DNA of 60,223 nucleotides from Chrysochromulina tobinii (GCA_001275005.1 JWZX01003339.1:1-60223), one strand, 5' to 3'; shown: positions 9,637 to 20,668, counted from the first letter of the stretch. Numbers and translations are program-made. Notes: generated by a model from the letters alone, not told the origin.

Positions 9637-12600
9637 ATGGCTTCATCGTCGTCGTCGGCGGCGAGGGGTCCCCTACCCGACCTCGCAGAGGGCGGGCCGG
9701 CCGAGTCTCCAGTTGCCGCTCGGATGCGCGGCGGTGGCATCTGGGCGCCGGTGCCGCCCGGTCTGCGAGACATGGGCGACTCGTCCGAGCATGTGAATGG
9801 GCATCCACCCCTCCTTGCGCCGATTAGGGTGGACTCGCCCACGCTGGATTCGGTTGCCGATGGCGACCGGCCCCATTCGGTGGGCGGCACTGCGGCCCCC
9901 AGGCTTCGGCAGCGGCGGCCTAACAGTGTCGTGCTCACTGCGCCGCCGCCTGGGTTGAACTCGGCACCCCACTCTCCACGGGCAGCCCACATCGCAGCCT
10001 TGGGATCACCGCATGTGGGCTCGGCGCCCCACGCCCGACGGCCTCACTCAGCGCGTGACGACTCTGGACCACACTCAGCGGCCATGGGATCGACGATCAC
10101 GGACTTTGGCTCGCGCCCGGTGTCGGCCGTCTCCTTCCTTGGCTCGGGGCCGAAGCCGCGGCTGCTGGACTCGGTCCACAACCGACCACTCGACCTGTTC
10201 GACCTGCGTGCAGAGCCAACCTACAAGGAGCGACAGCCCACGGCCGAGGCGTACACTGACGGGCAGCTGGTTGCCGCGAAGCGCATCATCGCCGCCGCGA
10301 ACCGAAAGCGTGCAGGGCGCGATTCTCTCGTGCGGCCTCGCTCTGCGTTGCCTGCCGGGATCGTGGTGCCGCGGCCGTCGGGACTCGCCTGGTCGGAGCA
10401 GCTGCAGGCGGAGCTCGCTGCCACCTCCGAGTCGATGAAGGTCGCACAGCAGAAGCTTTCCGAAGAACGGGAGATGCGCGTTTCGGCGTTGCAGGCGGAG
10501 AACAAGGCGCAGCTTGAGGCGCGCCTGGCCCGGCAGGCCGCACGCGAGGCGGCGCGCGAGCAGCGCGACACGGAGCGCCGGATGCTCATCACGGCGGGCG
10601 GCATGCGAGACCAGCGAGAGAAGCTTGAGCACGAGCTCGTGCGCCTGAACGATCAGCAGGATGAGTTGCATAAAGAGCTTGAGGCGCAACGAAAGCGAGC
10701 ACTCGAGGCAGAGCTGGTGGCCGAGAACGCCATCGAGGAGGCCCGAGTGAAGCTCGAGCGCCAGCAGGCCGAGTTTGACGAGCGCGTGCGCATCGTCGAG
10801 GCCGAGCGTGCCGAGCAGGCACGCCTCAAACGCCGCCTCGAGACCGAAGTCGAAGCGTCGAGGCGGGAGGCGACCGACAAGCTCGAGGCGGAGCGACTCA
10901 AGCGCATCGAGCACACGAAGGAGATGGCCATCCGGCGCATCGGCAAGCGCGACCTGACGCGCGGCTGGGTCGCGTGGTCCGATCAGTTCAAGTCGGAGCG
11001 CAAGCGGCGTCAGTTGCTCAAGAAGGCGGGCGCGCGCCTGACGAAGCCGAAGCTGATCGCGTCCTACCAGCTTTGGAAGCATGGCTGGGCGGAAGAGCAA
11101 ACGCACAAGGCGAGTATGTCGACGGCGGAGAAGCTGTACGAGGAGACGAAGCTTCGCGAGAAGGTGGAGGAGGAGCTGCGGAAGGTCTATCAGGAGCTCG
11201 AGGAGGCGCGCCAGGCGATGCTCGATGGGCGTGGGCTCGAGGCCGAGCTGCAGCGCCAGATGGAGGAGCGGCTCGCGGCGGAGAAGGAGAAGCGCATCGA
11301 GCACACGAAGGAGATGGCCATCCGGCGCATCGGCAAGCGCGACCTGACGCGCGGCTGGGTCGCGTGGTCCGATCTGTACGTGGAGAAGAAACGGCGTATC
11401 AATGTGCTCCGGGCGGCGGGTGCGAAACTGATGAGGCCGCACCTCGTCATGTCGTACAACTCGTGGCGGCGCTCTTGGGACCATGCGATGCGCAAGAACC
11501 TCACCCAGTCGGCCGAGGGGCGGCTGGCGTCGCAGGTGGCGGAGCTTGAGGAGAGGCTGGAGAGCGCCTACAAGGAGATCGAGGCGGCGCGGCGTGCGGG
11601 CTTCGGAGGGCGGCTGACTGACGAGGAGGTGCAGCGTCAGATCGAGGAGGTTAAAGAGGCAGAGCGGCAGAAGCGCATCGAGCACACGAAGGAGATGGCC
11701 ATCCGGCGCATCGGCAAGCGCGACCTGACGCGCGGCTGGGTCGCGTGGTCCGAACTGTATCTTGAGCAGCGGCGTCGGCGTAACGCGCTCAAGGCGGCGG
11801 GCGCGCGCCTGACGCGGCCCAAGCTCGTAGCCAGCTACATGCAATGGCGCCAAGATTGGATCGAGGAGCAGCACAGCAAAGCATCCCTCTCGATTGCCGA
11901 GAAACTCGCCCTGGCGGAGAAGGAGCGCGACGTGTTCCGTGAGGAGCGCGACAAGCTGGCTGACGAGCTTGCTCAGGCGCGCCAGGCGATGCTCGAGGGG
12001 CGCGGGATGGAGGAGGAGCTGCAGCGCCAGATGGAGGAGCGGCTCGCAGCGGAGAAGGAGAAGCGCATCGAGCACACGAAGGAGATGGCCATCCGGCGCA
12101 TCGGCAAGCGCGACCTCGCGCGCGGCTGGACGGCGTGGGTCACGCCTTACCTGGAGTGGAAACGGCGCGAGCGGATGCTGAAAGCGGCAAGCAGCAAGTT
12201 GACGAAGCCCAAGCTGACCTTTGCCTACACGCAGTGGCGCCGCGACTGGGAGGCCGAGACGAGCCAGCGGGGCAACATGACCCTTGAGCAGCGCCTGGGC
12301 GAGCGCATCCTGCAGCTGACCAAGCAGCTTGCGGAGGCCCAGCAGCAGATCGAGAGAGGAGGGCAGGGCAAGGACGAGCTGCTCAAGACCTTCGAGGAGC
12401 AGCGAGCCGCCGAGCGTGAGCAGCGCATCGCGCACACGCAGCAGATGGCCGTGAAGCGCATCGGCAAGCGCGACCTCACGCGCGGCTGGGTGGGCTGGTA
12501 CGAAGCGTGGATGGAGCACGCGCGCAAGCGCAACTTGCTGCGCGCCGCGGGCACCCGGCTGACAAAGCCCAAAATGATCGCCTCCTACCAGCTGTGGCGC

Positions 12601-15600
12601 ACCTCGTGGAGGGCTGCGCAGGAGGCCCTCAAGATGCGCACGCTTGAGGGGCGCCTGCAGGCGCAGGTGACGAAACTCTCCCAGGAGCTCGAGGAGGCGC
12701 GCCAGGCGATGCTCGATGGGCGTGGGCTCGAGGCCGAGCTGCAGCGCCAGATGGAGGAGCGGCTCGCGGCGGAGAAGGAGAAGCGCATCGAGCACACGAA
12801 GGAGATGGCCATCCGGCGCATCGGCAAGCGCGACCTCTCGCGCGGCTGGACGGCGTGGTCCGAGCAGCACCTTGAAAAGAAGCGGCGTGCGCAGATGCTC
12901 AAAGCGGCGGGCAATCGGTTGATGCGCCCGAAGCTGACCGCCGGCTGGCAACACTGGCAGCGCGACTGGGCCGCTGATAAGCACATCAAGAGCAAGCTCT
13001 CCGTGTCCGCCCAGCTCAACCTAGCGAACAAGGAGGTGAGTGCTCTCACCTTGAAACTGCAGCAGGCAGAAAATGACCTCGCCGCGGCGCGTCAGGCGAT
13101 GATGGAGGGACGCGGCCTGGAGGCCGAGTCGCAGCGCCTGATGAAGGAGCGCCTCGAGGCAGAGCGCGAGAAGCGCATCGAGCACACGAAGGAGATGGCC
13201 GTGCGCCGCATCGGCAAGCGCGACCTGACGCGCGGCTGGACGGCGTGGTCCGAGGGGTACCTCGAGGCGCGGCGTCGGCACAAAGTGCTCCTGGCGGCAG
13301 GCAACAAGCTGACGAAGCCCAAGCTCACGATGGCGTACACGTCGTGGCGGCGCGATTGGGAGCTTGAGACGAGCAGTAGGGCCACTATGTCTCTCGAGGA
13401 GCGCCTCGCGGTCGAGGTCAAGGAGAAGAAGGAGCTGCAGGAAGCCTTCGCCAAGGCGACCAGAGAGCTTCACGAGGCGCGCCAGGCGATGCTCGAGGGG
13501 CGCGGGATGGAGGCCGAGCAGCAGCGCCAGATGGAGGAGCGGCTCGCGGCGGAGAAGGAGAAGCGCATCGAGCACACGAAGGGGATGGCCATCCGGCGCA
13601 TCGGCAAGCGCGACCTGACGCGCGGCTGGGTCGCGTGGTCCGATCTGTATCTTGAGCAGCGGCGGCGCAACCATTTGTTGCGCGCCGCAGGCAACAAGCT
13701 CACCAAGCCGAAGCTGTCGGCAGCGTACCGCATGTGGTTCATGGATTGGCAAGAGGAGGCGGTAGCCAAAGCTTCCATGACCGTTGAGCAGCGGATGGGT
13801 CAGCAGCTGCTCGAGACCCAGCAGCGGCTCAAGGATGCGCTCGCCGCGCTCGAGTTGGCCAAGCAGGCGGGCTTTGACGGGATGAGCGAGCTCGAGTATC
13901 AGAAGCAGCTTGAAGATGCGAAGGAGGAGGAGAGAAACAAGCGCATCAAGCAAGTGCAGGACATGGCCGTGCGTCGCATTGGCAAGCGCGACCTCACGCG
14001 TGGCTGGACGGCGTGGCATGATCAGTGGGACGAGAAACAACGGCGCAAGCGCATGCTCAAGGCGGCCGGTGTGAAGCTGCTGAAGCCCAAGATGGTGTAT
14101 GCGTACAGCTTCTGGCGGCGCGGCTGGATGGAGGAGACGTTGGCCAGCAGCAAGATGACGATGGGCCAACGGCTGCAGCAGGCGCTGGATGAGCGCAATG
14201 AGATGCAAACCCAGCTAGCGGCCGTGATCACAGGGCTCAAGAAGGAGCTCGAGGAGGCGCGCCAGGCGATGCTCGATGGGCGCGGGATGGAGGCCGAGCT
14301 GCAGCGCCAGCTCGACGAGAAGCTTCGTCTCGAGAAGGAGAAGCGCGTCGAGCACACCAAGGAGATGGCGGTGCGCCGTGTGCTCAAGCGCGACTTGTCG
14401 CGCGGCTGGGGGGCGTGGTCCGACATGTACTTGCAGAAGCGGCGTCAGCAGTCGATGCTCAAGAAGGCGTCAGCGCGCTTGACGAAGCCGAAGCTGATCC
14501 ACTCCTTCGTCTCGTGGAAGAAAGACTGGGAGTTTGTGCAGAGGAAGGAGGACGAGACGCGCCACATGTCGACGGAGGAGCGGCTGCGTCAGAAGCTGAT
14601 GGAGGCAACTACGGAGCTGACGCAGCTGCGCAAGGCGCTTGCAAATGGGGAGGGCGCGGAGGCGGAGATCCAGCGGCAGATGGAGGAGCGGCTCGAGCAT
14701 GAGCGCGAGAAGCGCGTCGAGCACACCAAGCAGATGGCCGTCAGGAGGATCGCGAAGCGAGATCTCTCGCGCGGTTGGGTCGCGTGGCTCGACATGTACC
14801 TCGAGAAGACTCGTCGTGCGCGCGTGCTCATGGCCGCCAGCGCCAAGCTGATGAAACCGCATCTGGTCTCAGGCTACTCGTTTTGGAAGCGCGACTGGTC
14901 GGTCGAAGCGGCCTCGAAGAAGAATCGCGGCTTGGGCGTGCAGACGGCGCGGGCACTGCGTGAGGGCGAGGCAGCCAAGAACGAGCTCGTGATTGTGCTC
15001 GCCGAGCTCGAAAAGCTTCGTGCGGCCACTGTCGAAGGGCGCGGCGCCGAGTTCGAGGCGCAGCGTAAGCTCGAAGAGCAACTGACCAAGGAGCGTCAGA
15101 AACGGGTGGAGCATATCCAGTACGTTGCGGGCAAGCGGCTGGGCAACCGGCAGCTGTCGCTCGGCTGGGTCAAGTGGCACGGCGATTACACGGAGCGCGT
15201 CCGGCATACGCGCGTGCTGCGGCAGGCGGGCGCGAAGTTGTTACGGCCGAGGCTGATCGGCTCCTACAAGCAGTGGTGGACGGACTGGCAGGTCTCGCAT
15301 GCCGAGGCCAAGGCCGAGTCGCTCGCGGAGCAGGTGGAGCGAGCGAAGCGCGAGACGAAACAACGCGATGACGAACTTCGACGGGCGCTCGAGGCGCTCG
15401 AGGAGGCACGCCAGGCGATGGCCGAAGGGCGCGGGCTCGAGCTCGTTGAGCATCAGAAGATGGAGGAGAAGCTCGAGGCGGAGCGGTTGAAGAGGGTCGA
15501 GCACACGCAGCACATGGCGCTCCACCGCCTGCAGAAGCGCGAGCTGAGCAAGGGATTCCTCGGCTGGTCTCTTCCGTACCTGGAGATGAAGCGGCGCAAG

Positions 15601-16632
15601 CGGCTGCTGCAGAACGCGGGCAACCGGCTCCTGCGGCCAAAGTTCGTCAAGTCCTTCCAAAGATGGAAGACTCTGAGTGCGAGGAACAAGGCGGCCAAAT
15701 CGGCCATGTCGATGGAGCAGCAGCTTTCGGTTGAGAAGCGAGAGCGTGAAGCGCTCTCCGTCAAGCTGAATCGTGTCCAGCGCGAGTACCAGGACCAGCT
15801 GCAGCTCGATTCGATCGCCCTCGTCGAGGCGCGCGCTCAGGTCAAGCAGCTCCAGGAGCAGCTCAACTTGTTGGACAGTGAGGTCTCGTCCGAGAAGAAG
15901 GGCTCGACCCTCGCGCTCACGAAGGCGGGGATCGCGCAGGAGGCTCTCGAGGAGGAGAAGCGCGCAAAGAAGGCGGCGCAGGACCTGCTGGCCGAGCAGC
16001 AGAAGCAGGCCGCGGATCACCTGGCGAAGCAACTCAAGGAGGTGCGCGGCACTCTTGAGAGTCAGCTCAAGTCAGCTCGCGAGGAGATCAGGGCGCTCAA
16101 GCAGCAGCTCGCCGATCTCGAGGCGGAGATGATGCGCAACAAGGTGCGGCAGGCGAATGCGCCGCCGCCGGAGGACCGGGGGGGAGGGAAGTCTCCGGCC
16201 GAAGTGCAGGAGGAAAAGACGAAGCGCGCACGCAAGGGCGGCATCCTCGGTGAGGTTGACTTTGATGAGGAGAAGCCGCTCGCGCCGCAGCTGCGGGAGG
16301 CGTTGCAGAAGCACGCGGTGCGTGTCCTCGACCTCTTTCGCGAGTGGGATGCCAACGGCGATGGGCAGATCTCGAAGAAGGAGTTTCAGAAGGCCATGCC
16401 CATGCTGGGCATGGACTTACCGGTCAAGGCCGTCAACGACCTCTTCGACCAGTATGATCCGGACAAGAGCGGGGTGATGGAGTTCGCCGAGCTCCAAAAG
16501 ATGTTGCGGCGCCCGGCAGGTGAAGCCGCAGCAGCGCCAGCACCCCCGAAGGGTGGAGGACTCGCCAGGTTTAAGGCCGCCGGAGCAGTTGCGGGCGCTG
16601 CGGGCGGCTTCAAGGCACTGACCAAAAAGTGA
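9637..16632 (+). CDS. Giant coiled-coil protein with 13 super-repeats of paired Sfi1-like motifs and two C-terminal EF-hands
   Basis: Uninterrupted ORF with first ATG at 9637. Repeated MAIRRIGKRDLTRGWxAW...AGxKLxKPKLxxSYxxWR; EF-hands DANGDGQISKKE and DPDKSGVMEFAE. Confidence 0.85.
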   Translation: MASSSSSAARGPLPDLAEGGPAESPVAARMRGGGIWAPVPPGLRDMGDSSEHVNGHPPLLAPIRVDSPTLDSVADGDRPHSVGGTAAPRLRQRRPNSVVLTAPPPGLNSAPHSPRAAHIAALGSPHVGSAPHARRPHSARDDSGPHSAAMGSTITDFGSRPVSAVSFLGSGPKPRLLDSVHNRPLDLFDLRAEPTYKERQPTAEAYTDGQLVAAKRIIAAANRKRAGRDSLVRPRSALPAGIVVPRPSGLAWSEQLQAELAATSESMKVAQQKLSEEREMRVSALQAENKAQLEARLARQAAREAAREQRDTERRMLITAGGMRDQREKLEHELVRLNDQQDELHKELEAQRKRALEAELVAENAIEEARVKLERQQAEFDERVRIVEAERAEQARLKRRLETEVEASRREATDKLEAERLKRIEHTKEMAIRRIGKRDLTRGWVAWSDQFKSERKRRQLLKKAGARLTKPKLIASYQLWKHGWAEEQTHKASMSTAEKLYEETKLREKVEEELRKVYQELEEARQAMLDGRGLEAELQRQMEERLAAEKEKRIEHTKEMAIRRIGKRDLTRGWVAWSDLYVEKKRRINVLRAAGAKLMRPHLVMSYNSWRRSWDHAMRKNLTQSAEGRLASQVAELEERLESAYKEIEAARRAGFGGRLTDEEVQRQIEEVKEAERQKRIEHTKEMAIRRIGKRDLTRGWVAWSELYLEQRRRRNALKAAGARLTRPKLVASYMQWRQDWIEEQHSKASLSIAEKLALAEKERDVFREERDKLADELAQARQAMLEGRGMEEELQRQMEERLAAEKEKRIEHTKEMAIRRIGKRDLARGWTAWVTPYLEWKRRERMLKAASSKLTKPKLTFAYTQWRRDWEAETSQRGNMTLEQRLGERILQLTKQLAEAQQQIERGGQGKDELLKTFEEQRAAEREQRIAHTQQMAVKRIGKRDLTRGWVGWYEAWMEHARKRNLLRAAGTRLTKPKMIASYQLWRTSWRAAQEALKMRTLEGRLQAQVTKLSQELEEARQAMLDGRGLEAELQRQMEERLAAEKEKRIEHTKEMAIRRIGKRDLSRGWTAWSEQHLEKKRRAQMLKAAGNRLMRPKLTAGWQHWQRDWAADKHIKSKLSVSAQLNLANKEVSALTLKLQQAENDLAAARQAMMEGRGLEAESQRLMKERLEAEREKRIEHTKEMAVRRIGKRDLTRGWTAWSEGYLEARRRHKVLLAAGNKLTKPKLTMAYTSWRRDWELETSSRATMSLEERLAVEVKEKKELQEAFAKATRELHEARQAMLEGRGMEAEQQRQMEERLAAEKEKRIEHTKGMAIRRIGKRDLTRGWVAWSDLYLEQRRRNHLLRAAGNKLTKPKLSAAYRMWFMDWQEEAVAKASMTVEQRMGQQLLETQQRLKDALAALELAKQAGFDGMSELEYQKQLEDAKEEERNKRIKQVQDMAVRRIGKRDLTRGWTAWHDQWDEKQRRKRMLKAAGVKLLKPKMVYAYSFWRRGWMEETLASSKMTMGQRLQQALDERNEMQTQLAAVITGLKKELEEARQAMLDGRGMEAELQRQLDEKLRLEKEKRVEHTKEMAVRRVLKRDLSRGWGAWSDMYLQKRRQQSMLKKASARLTKPKLIHSFVSWKKDWEFVQRKEDETRHMSTEERLRQKLMEATTELTQLRKALANGEGAEAEIQRQMEERLEHEREKRVEHTKQMAVRRIAKRDLSRGWVAWLDMYLEKTRRARVLMAASAKLMKPHLVSGYSFWKRDWSVEAASKKNRGLGVQTARALREGEAAKNELVIVLAELEKLRAATVEGRGAEFEAQRKLEEQLTKERQKRVEHIQYVAGKRLGNRQLSLGWVKWHGDYTERVRHTRVLRQAGAKLLRPRLIGSYKQWWTDWQVSHAEAKAESLAEQVERAKRETKQRDDELRRALEALEEARQAMAEGRGLELVEHQKMEEKLEAERLKRVEHTQHMALHRLQKRELSKGFLGWSLPYLEMKRRKRLLQNAGNRLLRPKFVKSFQRWKTLSARNKAAKSAMSMEQQLSVEKREREALSVKLNRVQREYQDQLQLDSIALVEARAQVKQLQEQLNLLDSEVSSEKKGSTLALTKAGIAQEALEEEKRAKKAAQDLLAEQQKQAADHLAKQLKEVRGTLESQLKSAREEIRALKQQLADLEAEMMRNKVRQANAPPPEDRGGGKSPAEVQEEKTKRARKGGILGEVDFDEEKPLAPQLREALQKHAVRVLDLFREWDANGDGQISKKEFQKAMPMLGMDLPVKAVNDLFDQYDPDKSGVMEFAELQKMLRRPAGEAAAAPAPPKGGGLARFKAAGAVAGAAGGFKALTKK

Positions 16633-17411
16633 TGGGATGGATGCGACAGAGACCATGGACACTCGGACGGGACGAGAAGAGATCGGCCGCATGGCGACTT
16701 GACGATACGAGAAGGGATTGGCACGGACATGATGGGATGAGATGGCAGCCACGCAACGTCATGCATGTGAGATCTATGGCGTGCTGATGAGGCGGGTGTG
16801 GACCTGTGGCTAGTGGTGGTCCGTTGAGACATGAGAGAGAGAATCGGTGAGAGTCGACCGCGCAGACCGCTGAGCGCTGTGGCTCCTGGCGGTTTACTGG
16901 CGGTCCGGAGAGAGTACTGGTCTTCATCGGTCTAGTCCTCGCCGCTGCATTGTACAAATTGTAGCTGGCCGTGCGACGGCCTTCACTCATTGACACGCTT
17001 TAATTGTAAGTTCAACAACGCTACAAGCTTGAAGCTAGCTGCGGCTAGCAAGGCACGGCGCGATTCTCATTCTGCGATTGCACGCATGCACGGGCCACGG
17101 TGGCCAGTGCCGTTGCGCCGAAATCCGTCCCGTGGGACTGTTTTTACAGTTTGATTGCTCTCGTCGAGTGGTCAATTGGCTTCACCACCGCGCTTTTTTC
17201 TCTTTTCGACGTCGTTTCCGTCGAATTTTGATTCACAGCGGCCCCCGTGCTTGGGGGTCCGGAGAGCGCGCGCGTTGTGTGTGTTTCACAGCAGCAGCAT
17301 TCACAGCTTCCTGGACGGATCAACTTTCGTCGGCTCGCGGTGCCGTTCAAGATCGAGGCGGGCAAAAACTTCAAGGACCGGGCCAAGCCGCCACGCTTGG
17401 CTGGCAAGTTC

Positions 17412-20273
17412 ATGCACCACGCCATCCTCATCGACGACTATGATGAGGATGGACCGACGGCAGTAGGCGCAGCGCCAAGCCATGCCTTTGAAGGTGGGGT
17501 GGGAGATTCACGAGCGGGTTTCTCTGTACGCGCCCTTGTGCCTGCTCCTCCACGCATTCCTCTTCCGGAGCATGCTGCCAAGAGTGCTCGAACGCGGAAA
17601 AGAGAAGCGCTACAGGTACTTCGCCCACGAATTCACACAGCACCGATTGTACTTGCTGCACAAGGTCTGCACACTTCCCAGAACGGAGATCCCTGCGCAA
17701 CCTTGGAGTCGGTTCGTCTGGCCGAGATGTCAATTGCAGGTGGCGAGGCGGAACGAGGGACAGATATGAATGAGGTAGATCTGCGAGCAATGCTGCCGAC
17801 TGCCCAGCAGTCTGCACCGAGCACGGAAGGAGCATCATCATCATGTACAGCAGCTCCAGACGAGGCCATTGCAAAACCACGAGAAGCTGCTGCGCATTGG
17901 AGAAAGGCGGAGAGAACCATCCGCATAAAGCACGCTGCTCTCGAGCGGATTGCGAATGGTGCACGACGTCTGCCACCGCTGCGCCTCCAGGCTGCAAAGT
18001 CTGAACAGATTCCAACCGCAGATGCATTCGAAGAGCGCGTTCGAATTTTGAGGGCGAGAGCAAAACGTCACATGGTTATAGGTCAGCAGGTGGCCTATGT
18101 TGACGATGATGAGTTCTGGAAGCATCAGACCAGCGTGGCTCAGCAACGAATCATCTTGCGAACACCGGCCGCTAGGGATACAGGAACTATACCGTATACT
18201 TTGCCGATTGCCGCCAACGATATGATGTGGAGGCGAAAGGAAGGCGACGGTAGGGCGCGCACGCCTCGTCTGAAGCCTATTGCGAGCAGTAGTCGGCGAC
18301 AAAGCCGCAGCAGACAAAGCCGCAGCAGACAAGGCAGCAGACCAGGCAGCAGACAAGGCGGCGGCGATGGCTATGGCGGCGGCGCTTATGGCGGTCGACA
18401 GGGAGGCCGAGGCGGCGGCGATGGCTACGGCGGCGGCGTTGATGGCGGTCGACAAAGAGGCCGAGGCGGAGGCGACAGGGATGGCGACGGCGACGGCAAC
18501 GACGACGGCTTCGGCGGCGGCGGCGGCGATGGCAGTCGAAATCGGCGCCCGAGCGACATTTATGGCCGTCGACAGGGAGGCCGAAGCGGCGGCGATGGCC
18601 ATGGCAAAGGCGATGGCGATGGCGATGGCAAAGGCGATGGCGATGGTCATGGCTATGGCGGCATCGACAATTATTATAAATATTATGACGATGCACGGAA
18701 TGGTGGACGTGGCGGTGGCAAGGGCGGCCGTGCACATGGTCGTGGTCATGGAGGTGGCGCACATGGCCATCACTGGCATGTGCCACATCATGACTGCGAT
18801 GCCTGCTTCCTCAAAGAAGCGGATTCTGCTGCGGGCAGCCCCCGCAGCCACCGGACTGGCAAGAGTGGATGGCAGATGGTCAAACAGAGCTTTGACCCAC
18901 ACAAATCTCCCGTATGGGCATTCCGGGCACTGGCATCTGATGCCCAGACAGTGTTTGATACGCCGGAGGTCGAGTACAAACGCTTTGCTGCTGATTGGGT
19001 AAGAATCGTGGCTGCTGGGATCACTAAGGCTGTGGTGCGCGCCGATGATGACGGCGCTGCGGACGACGATGGCGACGGCATCCCCGACGAAGTTCAAGAA
19101 GTTGGCGAAGTGATATGGCACCACCACCGCACCCTCTGCGTCCTCTTTACCTACTACGCAATTCAGGACACAGAGACTTTATTGACGAGCATGCACTGTG
19201 CGCGCATTCCCCCAAAGCCCCACGAAGAGACTTCCTCGCGCTACTCACCATGCACGCTCGGCTCTCGCCCCCCCTTGGCAGTCATGACCCTGAACGCTTG
19301 GACGCTGTTTGTCAAGGATTTCCATCTCGCTTCGAACAGATCAAAGTATTGCAAACAGAGCGACATCGATAGGCTGTTCATCGCCGTAGACAAGGCATCC
19401 AAGTTCCGCGAAAAGGAGGAAGAGAGGGAGAGGGCGAAGAGGGTGCTGGCGGGCAAAGAGGGAGCAAAAGCGCAGGCCAAAGGAGAAGAAAGGGAGAATG
19501 CTCTCAGCCGCAACGAGTTCCTGATCGCGTTGGTTCACCTTGCGATCAACAAGTACGTTCTGACGAAGGAAGTGCCGGATGTCTCCAAGGCGCTGGATAG
19601 GCTCCTTGAGGTCGACATAACGGCTCAGCTGACGCACGCCCATGCCCACCCGGATTGCTTTCGGCGAACACACCTCTATTCGCAGCCCGTCGCCCAAGTG
19701 TTCCAGTTTCACATGGAATCTCTTCGGCAGATCTTTGATGGGATTGCAAACAGTCGGGCCGGCGCCGGGGGTCCTCGCAAGGGCGGGACCATCGACATCA
19801 TGGAGTGGATGGCATCGCTGCGCGCCCTTGAACTTTGTGGTGATGACTTCAGCGAACGGGAGGCTATCCTGTGCTTTGCGTGGTCTCGATTGGCCGTCAT
19901 CGAGACCATGAGTTTGCATGGCTTGACCAGAGACTCTACCCTCAACTTCGAGGGCTGGCTCGAGGCCATCGCGCGGCTTGCCTGCCTCAAGGCGCTGCCA
20001 ACGTGCCAGGAGATCCGCGACGCGGGATGCAAGACTGCGGGGGAATACATGGATATGCTGAAGGCCCAGGACGAGGAAGCCTACACGACCATGCTAAAGG
20101 AGAGGCAGACGGAGTGGGGTCGCATGCCCACGAATCTGCCCTTCTTTCACTCGGTCTCTCACATGATCGAGCTCATCCTTCACCGCATCGAGACGACGCT
20201 CGGGGTCACCGGAGGCCAGATCACCGAGGAGGAAATGAGAATGTGGATGGCTCGTCAGCACCTATCCGGATAA
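17412..20273 (+). CDS. Hypothetical protein with Gly/Asp/Arg-rich insert and helical C-terminal domain; probable in-frame intron 19198-19281; start uncertain
   Basis: 1008-aa ORF. GTGCGC...TTGGCAG 84-nt segment interrupts SMH|FMTLNAW. C-terminal half has coding-like codon usage. Confidence 0.6.
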   Translation: MHHAILIDDYDEDGPTAVGAAPSHAFEGGVGDSRAGFSVRALVPAPPRIPLPEHAAKSARTRKREALQVLRPRIHTAPIVLAAQGLHTSQNGDPCATLESVRLAEMSIAGGEAERGTDMNEVDLRAMLPTAQQSAPSTEGASSSCTAAPDEAIAKPREAAAHWRKAERTIRIKHAALERIANGARRLPPLRLQAAKSEQIPTADAFEERVRILRARAKRHMVIGQQVAYVDDDEFWKHQTSVAQQRIILRTPAARDTGTIPYTLPIAANDMMWRRKEGDGRARTPRLKPIASSSRRQSRSRQSRSRQGSRPGSRQGGGDGYGGGAYGGRQGGRGGGDGYGGGVDGGRQRGRGGGDRDGDGDGNDDGFGGGGGDGSRNRRPSDIYGRRQGGRSGGDGHGKGDGDGDGKGDGDGHGYGGIDNYYKYYDDARNGGRGGGKGGRAHGRGHGGGAHGHHWHVPHHDCDACFLKEADSAAGSPRSHRTGKSGWQMVKQSFDPHKSPVWAFRALASDAQTVFDTPEVEYKRFAADWVRIVAAGITKAVVRADDDGAADDDGDGIPDEVQEVGEVIWHHHRTLCVLFTYYAIQDTETLLTSMHCARIPPKPHEETSSRYSPCTLGSRPPLAVMTLNAWTLFVKDFHLASNRSKYCKQSDIDRLFIAVDKASKFREKEEERERAKRVLAGKEGAKAQAKGEERENALSRNEFLIALVHLAINKYVLTKEVPDVSKALDRLLEVDITAQLTHAHAHPDCFRRTHLYSQPVAQVFQFHMESLRQIFDGIANSRAGAGGPRKGGTIDIMEWMASLRALELCGDDFSEREAILCFAWSRLAVIETMSLHGLTRDSTLNFEGWLEAIARLACLKALPTCQEIRDAGCKTAGEYMDMLKAQDEEAYTTMLKERQTEWGRMPTNLPFFHSVSHMIELILHRIETTLGVTGGQITEEEMRMWMARQHLSG

Positions 20274-20668
20274 AGCCGCATATACATCTGAACCATATAC
20301 CAGGTAGTCCCAGCCATGATGTATGAAAAACGGGAAAACGCGCACTCAGTCCGGGTCACTCCTCTCGGCTTTGGACAATACTTGAACTGAACGTGTGAAG
20401 GCTGGCTTCGTATGTTACACGGTTTTTCCGGACTTTCGAAAGACTGTAGACTCCGCTGAGACTCTTCTTGACACATGCGGGGGGACCGCGACGAAAATGA
20501 CTGAATTACCGACACCCGGCTCCCCCCGGTGTTTACCGACACATGAGAGGAGACGGGGTTCACACGTGTTCCGTCGGATTTCGCGCTGCTTCCTTTTTGG
20601 TTCGAACCACACCTCTGTTTTCGAACCACTCTCGTGGCGGTAACGTCCCGCCCTCTGCCTCTCCAGCC

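Noticed and set aside
10075..12984. 969-aa minus-strand ORF and other long overlapping ORFs
   Set aside because: High-GC antisense shadows of real plus-strand genes, with no recognisable motifs.
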